Shown in pieces: positions 38,401-49,500 of a stretch of 60,007 nucleotides of DNA (position 1 is the first letter of the stretch; every line of letters starts with the position of its first letter). Under the pieces are notes generated by a model. It was given only the letters and a program-made list of their open reading frames with translations. It did not search any database and had not been told where the DNA came from. This DNA comes from Aplysia californica. Its lineage: Eukaryota. The stretch spans positions 424,928 through 484,934 of the forward strand of contig NW_004797707.1 of the NCBI RefSeq assembly GCF_000002075.1, given 5' to 3'. The position numbers and the translations under genes are program-made.

Positions 38401-41400
38401 TAATTAGTAATTCCCTTTTTGAACCAGATCGCTGAGTAGCTTTGTAGTTGCTGTTCCCACACTGTTTTGTTTTGTCGTATACATATATTCACCATGTTGT
38501 ACTGAGCAGTCAGCTTTAGTAAACATGTGGTCCGTATTGACGTTTAACTCACTGCAGTTTGCCTAATTGGCCTCTGTATCGTTTATGTATCGTCTTATTT
38601 TCGTACCACCCGTAGCTTGCCTAATTGGCCACTGTATCGTTTATCGTCTTATTTTTGTACCACCTGTAGCTTCACTGACTGTAGCCGTTCACATGTCTTT
38701 GTGCTAAATATGTCGCCCGTATCCATCTGTTGTCTTTGTCTGTCTGTTCGTTGTACACAGTGTAACATTCAGTATAGATGTTATTGTAACATTCAGTGGA
38801 AATGTTATTTTAACATTCAGTGGAAATGTTATTTTAACATTCTGTACAAATGTTATCGTAACATTCAGTCTAAATGTTATTTTAACATTCAGTCTGTACA
38901 AATGTTATTGTAACATTTAGTGTAAATGTTATTGTAACATTCAGTGGAAATGTTATTTTAACATTCTGTACAAATGTTAATGTAACATTTAGTGTAAATG
39001 TTATTGTAACATTCAGTGTAATTGTTATTTTAACATTCTGTACAGATGTTACAGTAACATTCAATGTAAATGTTTTTGTAACATTCTGCGTAATTGTTAA
39101 TTTAACGTTCTGTACAAATGTTATTGTAACAGTCTGTGGGAATATTATTGTAACGTTTTGTTTGAATGTTATTATAACATTCTGTGGAAGCTCTGTTCAT
39201 TGTCGTTTATTTCTCATTGTGGTTAATGTTATTTGGATTAGCAGCAATTGAGAAATCCCTTTTTTTTTTCACAGCTCTTTGTATTATATCTCTCTGCAAC
39301 TGAGTTTGTGAAATGATGAAACACAAATGGAGCTATGATACACACTCCCTATTGCAGATATCTTTGAAGCTTTGTCGTTGGGTTTCTGAATCGGATATTT
39401 TCTGCTTTTGGTTCTGAATCGGAACAAAAATTTACATCTGAGGACAATTTAACCCAGTGTGGATTTATGGGGAGGGTGGTTGCAAATTTCAGTAATCTGC
39501 AAGAGAGGAAAAGAGAATTTCTCTTGTGAATAGCAAAAGAAATGTTTATTTTATTTTAAATTTTAAAAATTTATTTCAACATTTCTTTTGCGTGAGAATT
39601 AGGATATGTGCCCAACACAGTCTAATTCTTAATGGCTTATGATTTATTGGTCCCGTGCTTTTTCTGAAACGTTGGCCAAACTACACGCGGCCTTTTTTTT
39701 AAATGGAGGAGTTAACTGAGGTGAAATGAACTGCAGAGTTATGATTCTTGAAATCTTTTTACTCTCGCTGAACTGATGAGGAGTAAATGGAGATGATTCA
39801 ATAGCGTAATCCTCTTGATGAGTTGGGTACTTCTAGGCTTGTTGAAGTTAGGTTGATTTACTTTTATTTTTCCAGTTTTCATTGTTATGTTTTGATGAAC
39901 TGTTTCAGAAACTGACTGTGTCATTTGTTTTCTCTTTCAGGTAAAGGCAGCATGGACTTTTCCAAGGTAAGGCTTTTGTAGGACCATTTTGTCCTATTTT
40001 GTAGGACCATTTTGTCCTATTTTGTATCCTCTCTGACATTGTCCTATTTTGTATTGTCCTATTTTGTATTCTCTCTCTAAAATTGTCCTATTTTGTATTG
40101 TCCTATTTTGTATTCTCTCTCCAAAATTGTCCTATTTTGAATTGTCCTATTTTGTATTCTCTCTCTAAAATTGTCCTATTTTGTATTGTCCTATTTTGTA
40201 TTCTCTCTCTAACATTGTCCTATTTTGTATTTTCTCTCTAACATTGTCCTATTTTGTATTCTCTCTAACATTGACCTATTTTGTATTCTCTCTAACATTG
40301 ACCTATTTTGTATTCTCTCTAACATTGTCCTATTTTGTATTCTCTCTAACATTGTCCTATTTTGTATTCTCTCTAACATTGACCTATTTTGTATTCTCTC
40401 TAACATTGACCTATTTTGTATTCTCTCTAACATTGACCTATTTTGTATTCTCTCTAACATTGTCCTATTTTGTATTCTCTCTCTAACATTGTCCTATTTT
40501 GTATTTTCTCTCTAACATTGTCCTATTTTGTATTGTCTCTCTGACATTGTCCTATTTAGTATTCTCTCTCTGACATTGTCCTATTTTGTATTCTCTCTAA
40601 CATTTGTATTGTCCTATTTTGTATTCCCTTTGACATTGTCCAATTTTTTATTCTGTTTGACATTGTCCTATTTGTATTGTCCTATTTGGTATTCTCTCTT
40701 ACATTGTCCTATTTTGTAATCTCTTTAACATTGGCCAACTTTGTATTGGCAGGACAAGAAACCAATCATGGCCATCGGCGAGGGTCCAGCCCTGAAGGAC
40801 AAGCCACAGAACCAGGTGGTCATGGAAGGTACGTGTGCTCACATCGCTTTCCTTCTGATCAAATGCAGACTGTAAAAAGAGATTCAAATTTTTCCTTCAT
40901 TTTTGACTTGATATTAATTACTATTTGGTTGATTGCTTAATGCCTCTATATACATCTTTTATGTTATTCAGAACAGTGCTTGTCAATCTTTTTATAGCTA
41001 GCGGCCACTTTTGTCACATTTAAGAGGCTTAAATTCTCATACTACCAACCAACATGTATATGTATTTCCAAGCGGGGCATTACATAAAACCTTCACCATC
41101 TCGATGATCCCCACCACCCACCAAACTCTCCAAAAAGCCCTCTTGTGGGTGCTGTTGCCCAGTTTGGCACACACTGATGTAGAAGACAGGTCGCTTTGAC
41201 AGTGTCAGTCAGAACCTGAGTGGGTTCAGTGGAACTTGGCGTCAAAATGGAAATACAGAATTAATCGATAGAATAAGCTTCCTTGTGTGGGAATCAAACT
41301 CATTTCCTATGTATGAGGAGAGGAGCCTAACCATTACTCCACAGACAGAGGTTTTGTTGTGCAGGGAGATGACTTGGTAAATAAAGAAAATATTTTGGAA

Positions 41401-44400
41401 GTAGCTTTTTTTTTCTTTTTTACCTTTCTATTGGTGGTGCATCACACAATCCTTCTACAATAATTAATGATCTCTGATTGGTGAAGCTTCTACAATAATG
41501 ATCTCTGATTGGTGAAGCTTCAACAATAATGATCTCTGATTGGTGAAGGTTGTAAGTTTTTTAAAGTTTAGATTTTCAGTAAAAGATCTTTTTCTGGATT
41601 TTAAAAAAGTTGTCAAGATAATTCAAGAAATTATATATTTTTTGTGTCAGTTTTCCATGTATAGGGCACAGTGTCATATCATTTTTACTCTATTTGTGAG
41701 CCGTGCTTACAGAATGAGTTGCTTCTTGCAATCCACAAATGAAGATATTGGCCAAAAATCGACACTAGGGTTAAATTTGCAAGTTTTCTTTTGATGCCTT
41801 ATTCTTTAAGTGTAACATACCTTTTATTATTTCATGCTTATAATTTATAAAAACTTCACCTATAATTCTTGAATCCGAGAAGTAACTCATTTTGTAAGCA
41901 CACTTTACATTTTGTGTAGATCTTTGACACAGGCTTTGTTTGCACACTTGTTCTGAATATTAAAAAATGAAGCTTTGATACATAAGGTAAGCTTATGGGT
42001 GATTGGCGGGTGCTCTGGTGTGGTTTGCGCCTTCTTTCCTATCAATCAACTATCGTCCTTATCTCCCCTCTTTCTTTTTTATGTTTGTTACTCTCTTGTA
42101 ACACCTCTAAATCTTTGGCGCTTATATGACTTTATTGTGTTGCAAGTGCCGTAAAACTCTTACAAAAACTAAATAAGATAAGTTTTTGCGTTAATGTATT
42201 TGTTTGTTTCCCCTCCCTTAAGGTGATGACCTCAAAGTGACCGTGTCCGTTGACCCCAAGGGCAAGCCCACGCCTGCCATCAAGTTTTACCGCGGACCTC
42301 GTGAGCTCAAGGACGACTCACGTGTGACCATCAGGACTTCGGGCAACTCGTCCACTCTGTCCATCAAGAGGTCACGTCTGACAGACGAGGCCAAGTACAC
42401 GGTCATCGTGGAGTCTGAGGGGGCCATCACCGACACAGCCACCTTCAGTGTGTTCATCAAAGGTGAGTCGATCGGAGAAAAAGATTGTGGAGCTATTATC
42501 GTCATCCTTTCTCTCCGTCTCTAAGGAGAGTGTCGTTTGGGTTTTTTGTATCCCACTTTGCTACAATTCTCCTTTCCTCACTCCCGTAACTTTTGTCTAA
42601 GTTGTCGGAGCGCCATTTTACAGTCTGTGGTCCGGTCTGCTGCGACAGTTCTCAGTGTGTGCCAGTGTCTGGGTCTTCATGAGTAATTTCCTTGTCCTTC
42701 CTCAGTGGGTTTTTTTTTGTACTTGGGCTTTTTGTGTCGTCTGCCTCCCTGACCTCTCCCCTTCTGTGATCCTCCGCCATTCCTCCTTTGTCCCTCAGCC
42801 ATTCCTCCTCTGTCCCTCAGCCATTCCTCCTCTGTCCCTCAGCCATTGCTCCTCTGTCCCTCCACCATTCCTCCTTTGTCCCTCAGCCATTCCTCCCTTG
42901 TCCCTCTGTCGTTCCTCCTTTGTTCCTCCATCATGCCTCCTCTTTCCTTCCATTGTTCCCTCGCTGTTCCTCCTCCATTCATCAACTGCTCCTTGGAGTT
43001 TGGTTCCTCAAGGCCTGCAAATCTCAAGATTTGGCTGTGTCGTATTCCTCCTATTCTTGTATATTGTGAGATCTCTTTTCCATTCGCATGAAATTATCAA
43101 TGTCAGTGTGAGAATATAAGTTATGTCCTTCAGAACAAACTTCAGATCTTATTAAGTATCTATACATTTTAAGAATTTCACAGCTTTCTAATTTTGTAGT
43201 ATTGATCTGTTTTCATAAGTTTACATTTAGTGTAGCTCGGTATCTGATATGTAATTACCTTCAGTGGAATGTAGATTTCAGGAGGACTGTAATTATTCAT
43301 TAAATCTATTTTTTTTAAATTACATGCCTTGATTTTGTTCAGCATTTCTGCTATATTGATGAGAGGTCAGTCGTGTCCTTGGTTTTGTATGCTGTTTGGG
43401 AGGAGCAGCTATCTCACTGGGACATACTACAATGGTTGCATTGATCGAAAAACTAGAAACATAAAAGAGAACATTACCTTTATTTGCCCATAGATTTTTG
43501 ACACAATTAGTCTTTGTATGCATGCATGCTGCATTTTGATCTTAATAACACTTAATTTGATTCCTTTTTTCAACAATGCCATCTCAAGTTTTGATGCTTG
43601 TCCTCTTTTTTCTAAAACCCTATTTAGTTATTATTTTAGGGGTCCCACTTTCTTGGATCCTGGACATTGCAAGTGAACTGGCTTTTAAAATATTTTGTTT
43701 GATAACTGTATATATGTGCAGTAGCCCTGTGGATGTAACTTCAACAGGTTTTTAATTTCCAGAAAATGTTTTAGATCTTGATGAAACCCATAATTTAGAT
43801 AACCATCTAGAGCTTTTTTCAAAAACATTTTGTTGAAGTGTTTGTGTTTATGATACATAAGGTTTTGTTCTGAGCAAAAGAACTGCATTCAGACTTTTTT
43901 GCGGTGGATTCTAATGTTCAGAAAAGCTGCAGAAATGTGGCCTGTCATCTAAACAGCTGTTTCCCTGCAATTTATTTGATGATTCAAGACGGTACTCAAT
44001 GGCACGAATGCGGCTTAAGACAACTAGGTGTCGGTTACTGTGATGGACACTTTACATTTATTTTCATTTTGCGTTTTTATTTTGTTGTGGAAGTCTTTCG
44101 GGAAAATGATCAAATTAACGAGTTGCACCTCAACAAGATTTTTCTTCAAGTTGGACAAGCGCTCCGCGCGTAGTGCTATCTTTGGTAAAGCTCCTCATCA
44201 ATCTGTCCGTAGAATTTGGTAAGTTCAGTTTGTCTGTCATTTGGATATCTTGCCAACCAGAAGTACTACTCTCACAACTGCTGTTGTAACAGGAGTATTT
44301 CTGTATGGCAATGTCACTATCATATTCAGTCAAAACATGTCTGTGCTTTGTTCACAGTACAATGCTTGATTGAAATATTTGTTAAAAGATTCCGTAAAGA

Positions 44401-46201
44401 GGAAGACATCTTTTTTATCTTTTTCTTGCTTGTTTTACACATAATCAGTCCAGAATGTTTGCCTGGAAAGTTTGACTGAATATGATGTAACACCTCTCTT
44501 TTAGAATGCACTTTACTCTATAATGAACCTAACTTTCTGTAACCTTTTTCTGTTTTCATTCTTTCTTTTTTTGTTTTGTTTTCTTTTGTTTTATTATGTT
44601 ACTACTTGGTTGCCATGTTTTTTATTTGCACATTACTTGCCTGTCCACAACAGAGCTAGCAACTAGCACTATTTGTATTCTTACTTTCTCTAGTTTTTGC
44701 ACGTTCATTAGTTTGTGAAGAGAGAGCAAGTTGATTCATCTGTATTTCTCATCAGCTGCTTAATGTCTTCCGAGTTTTTCATCTTTTCAATTCACAAAAG
44801 GCTATGTGAAGTTCAGAAAGACACTATAATTTGTACCCACATCCCCTTTCTATTTTCAAACTTGCTATGGCATCATAAAATTGATCATGAATTTTGGAAA
44901 GCAAATGGAAACTATTTTCCACAGAGCTTTTATATTCTGAATTATAAGAATTGAGAAATACAGCTGGAGCAGTGTTAATCTCAGCTCACATCTTGAATGA
45001 TTTTGTATTCAAAGATTTTAATTATATGCACGAAGAATGATTTTGTATAAGTTATTCCAATAGACATTTTGTTGGTTAAGAGTAGGCTAGACGCTTTTGT
45101 TCCTCTCATATTCTTTTACTTGAATGTTATTATTTGTAAAGTGTGCTGACAAAATGAGTTACTTCTCGGATTCAAGCCTGATGGAAATAGATACATCGCA
45201 TTAACAGGTGAATTTTTTACAATTTATAAGTATGAAATAATGAAAGGCATGTTATACTTAAAGAATACACAGCATCAAAAGAAATCTTGCAAATTTCACC
45301 CTAGTGTTGATTTCTGGCCAATATCTTCATTTGTGGATTGCAAGAAATAACTAATTTTGTCAGCACGTTTCACATCTACTCCGCACCTAGGGAATGTAGT
45401 GTAGGCAGCTTGTTTAACGCCTCGCGACCTCAATGCTTTCTTGTCGTATCTCCATATTTTAAAACAGTGAAAATGTGATATCTTCTAAAGCTCACTCTTT
45501 GTAATGAGCTGTTTTCACTGTTATTAAAAATGGAGATACGACAAGAAAGCACTGGGGTTGCGATATAGTGCATTTAGCTAGGCAGGCTGGATGATGTTTC
45601 AGTGCAACCATTGTACCAGGACGGTACATGACTTATAGCTGTCGGTGGGGGGGGGGGGGGGGGGGGGGGGGAGATATGTCCACCGCGTGGTGTTGTAACG
45701 TGACATTTGTGATGTGTTTGTTTAGATCCCAAGGACTCGCAGTTGGACTACAGGGCCCTGCTCAAGCACAGGTCAGTCGCTTGTTCTTTAAATATGTGTT
45801 TTTACGTCCTCATCAACACAATTTAGGGCTGAACCAGCATCTGGACATGGATGGCGGGTTCCTGTATAAATAAATTATTGATGGTCTACACAATTTAGAT
45901 TATTTAGGATGCGGGCTTTGAGATCTGACCCTGCCTGTTAGGGGCAAATCTGGACTGAGAGGAATTAGTAGGTCAGTGATTGTGGTTGATTAATCACAAT
46001 CCCAGTGGAAGGGAGATAAAGGAAAAAGAAGAGGGACTCAAAGAAGACGATAAACATTTTTTTATCTGTATGTCAGAGCAAAAATGATAAATTACAATAT
46101 ATTTTATAGTGTATTTCTACTAGGAAAGTGGTTGATGCATTTAATATCCAGATATTGAACATGGTTCCAATAATGATTCTTTCGCTCCTGCCCATCCTCC
46201 C

Positions 46202-46267
<66 letters not shown>

Positions 46268-46506
46268 TCCTCTCTCTCCATCACTCCATAGTTTTTATTT
46301 AATATGGGTTTTTTTATCGTCCCATTTGAAACAGGTAAAGTTTTTAAAGCAGAGCACTATACCCAGTGGAAGGGATATAAAGAATAAAGAATAGGAACTG
46401 AAAGAAAAATGATAAAGCATTTTTTTCCATGCATATCAGAGCATAGGTCTTCTTTTGTGTGGTTCTACCCTCATTCACTCACACATCCACACACATCCAC
46501 ACACGT

Positions 46507-46554
<48 letters not shown>

Positions 46555-49500
46555 ATTCACATGTATACACACGGATGAACTTTTACATTCATATTTTTAA
46601 AAAATCTTGACTCCACTGTTTTCCCTGTGTGGGTAGTTGGCGGGTGCTTTGATGTGGTTTGCTCCTTCTTTCCTATCAAACATCTATTGTCCTCATTACT
46701 CCTTTTCTTTCTGCATTACTCTCAAGTTACACCTCTAATCTTCAGCGACTGTGTGATCAATTTTTCTTGCAAGTGCCGTAAAACTCTCACTAACAAAAGA
46801 ACTATTTACTCTGTGCCTGTTGTAGGGAAGTTGCCCAGAAGAAGGAAGACGAGGAAGATCCAGACTGGGGTAACCTGAAGCCAGGTAACATCCACCAGGA
46901 GGCGCTGTGCACAGACCACTCTGACCTAGTGCTCTCTCCACTTGCTACAGTTTCTTACTTCGTCTGTGGAGTTATGACATAATTAGGGCCGGGTTTTCTA
47001 AGGGCCTGAGATTGGGTTTGAGAGGCCTGTTTGAGATCCTTCTGGGACTCCAAATACGGTCAAATGTAGGTCTCTGGGACCAGTTGGTCGCCGTAAACTG
47101 CTGATTCATTTAGCAGTAGTAAAATACAGTCGAACCTGTTTAAGACAACCACCCTTTGCTGAGGAGAAACATGATCTTCTTAGACAGGTGGTCCTCACGG
47201 ACACTGCCATAAGAATATTTTAAAAAACACACACAAAGTAGGAAGTGGTTGTCTTAGCTGTCCCCGTCGTTTTATGCGAGAAAAATTCTGAAATTATGCA
47301 AAATGAGCCCAAAAATGTGAAATTATGCGATTCTGTTAATTTTAAAAAGAATAGCCTACTAAAGGAAAATATTAAGAAATTATGCAAAAAATGATCAAAT
47401 TTTGCTAACTTATGCGGGGTGCATAAAACCACGGGGACAGTCTTAGACAGGTCAAGGGGCTGTTTGAACAGGTTTAGCTGTAGGTTCCACAGCCAAGCTC
47501 TGCTGTTCAATTATATTATTCAGCCTTGCCTTAAGTGAGGCCCTGCCTTTCCAAACGATACAAATAAATGATTGTGTTTGAATGTTCCTATTGTCGAGAG
47601 CTGAGGTCAGCTGACCCAGGCGATGTTGTGGTTGTTCGTCAAACGCAGTTTTTCATCCTGGTCACGATGAATGTGTTACGTGCCGCTGTCTCCTTGGCTT
47701 TTCTCATTTTTGCTAGTGAGCTCAGTACAACTTTTGTTATAACAGCTGTGAAGTTGAAGATAGTTTGTTTTTTGATGGTTTGAGATCTATTGTTTTGTTT
47801 TAATAGTAGAATTTTATATATATATATATATATATATAAATATATACATCCCTGTTGTGGTATAATGCAGATACTGTCAACAGGCATTCGGTAGCATTTT
47901 GCTCTGATACCCACAGCCTGTTTTGTTGGGTTTTTTCATACGTTGTGAAGCGGCTAAACTTTAAAATCTAAAGCTCATGCAAAAAAAAAAAAATCATGGA
48001 TTTGGATATCGTGCCTAAGTGTAGGAAAATTTATTGTAAAAAATATTGCAGAGTAGAATGAAGAATGGATGTGGTGTTTTCAGAATGACTATAATAATAT
48101 GTTATGTTGTGTAAATAAATGGCACTTGTGTTCTTCGTTTTGCCTCCTGTGTTTAGCGAGGCTTGTGTGTTCTTGTGTTTTTTTCACTGACCACGTGATA
48201 TGAAAACTGCCCGTCTTTTTCTTTGTTTCAGAGACAGGTATTGTTGTCTGTTGTCTGTTGTGTGTTGCCCACCTTGTAGGGAGGCCCACCTGTTTCATGC
48301 TTGGCCCCTTCTTACCTGTCCGTTTTATGTGCTCAATGTTTTGGCGGAATGCCCTAAAACATATTATCTATATCTAAACGGATTTGTATGTCTGTGTCTT
48401 AAAATTGTTCTTGCATCTGTTTAGAAATATCCTGCTTCAATATTAGAATTTAAATGTTGCTTTACTAAAAATAAAAGAAAAAAAATACAGTTATATGATA
48501 ATTGAGATTCCTGTCAGTCTACTTTTGGAGCCTTAAATTTTTGTTCCAAATAAATTTAAAAAACAGTTTTCTTTACTGCTTGACATCAAAACTGTCTTGA
48601 GATTTATCTTAGAGGGAAATGAAAGTCTTTTCTTTAAGTTTTGTTGGTGACAATTGTTGACCCCGACCAAACTTTTGTCTCTGCGCTGGCTTTTGTCAAA
48701 AGTTTCAGGCTCCGAAAAACTAATTGCATAGTTCCTAGTTTTAATTTTAGTGCTTTTATTGTCTGTTTTAACTTTAGTGGTACTGATATCAGTCAGGTAG
48801 TGTTAGTCTCAAATCTGTCATCATTGACCAACAATAATTTCTTCGAAGGGAATTGAATGTGTTTCATTTTAAAAGAAAAAATTATTATTCGTATCAAACC
48901 GTAGATCATTACTCTCAAAAGCCGTGTGCAAGTTGCGCACGTTAAAGATCCCTTGGTGGTCTAAAATCGATAAAAGTAGGCTTCGGCCGCCACCCGGGCA
49001 AAATTCAAAATTTTCTACCAACTAAAAATATTAGGTGTGTCCCGCGCACTCATATGACCTATGCAGTTGCGAGCGCAGTAAAACACTTTACAAAAACAAA
49101 AACAAACTCTCAAAAGTTGCTGTGCAACAAGAAGAAAATGTTTTGAGGTTGGCAAGAAGGTTTCCAAAAAGAATGTTTTCTTCTGTGAACTTCTTTGCTT
49201 CTGTTAGCGAACCATTATGGTCCAAAAATGGAAGTATAATATTTACTCTGTTTTCCTTCTGTGTCGTAGGTATTTTCCATCTTGAGTTTATTTGGGACTA
49301 GTTTGAAGTCAGTAGACTTAATTCAAAATGCAGGATATCAGACTGTGCGAGTGGAGGGAGGAGGTGGGGGGGGGGGGGGGGAAGATCTGTATTTCTGTAT
49401 ATATGTAATCTGTAGATTTAATCCAAAGATAGTACATAACAAGAGGGGCCACTTCTCTCTTTGAGCCAATTAAAAAGTGTCCTCAAAATTTGGTGGCGCC

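Noticed and set aside
44530-44718. Long pyrimidine tract plus caacag, possible exon
   Set aside because: No credible donor and the frame reaches TGA after ~20 codons; 42462 joins 45726 in phase without it.
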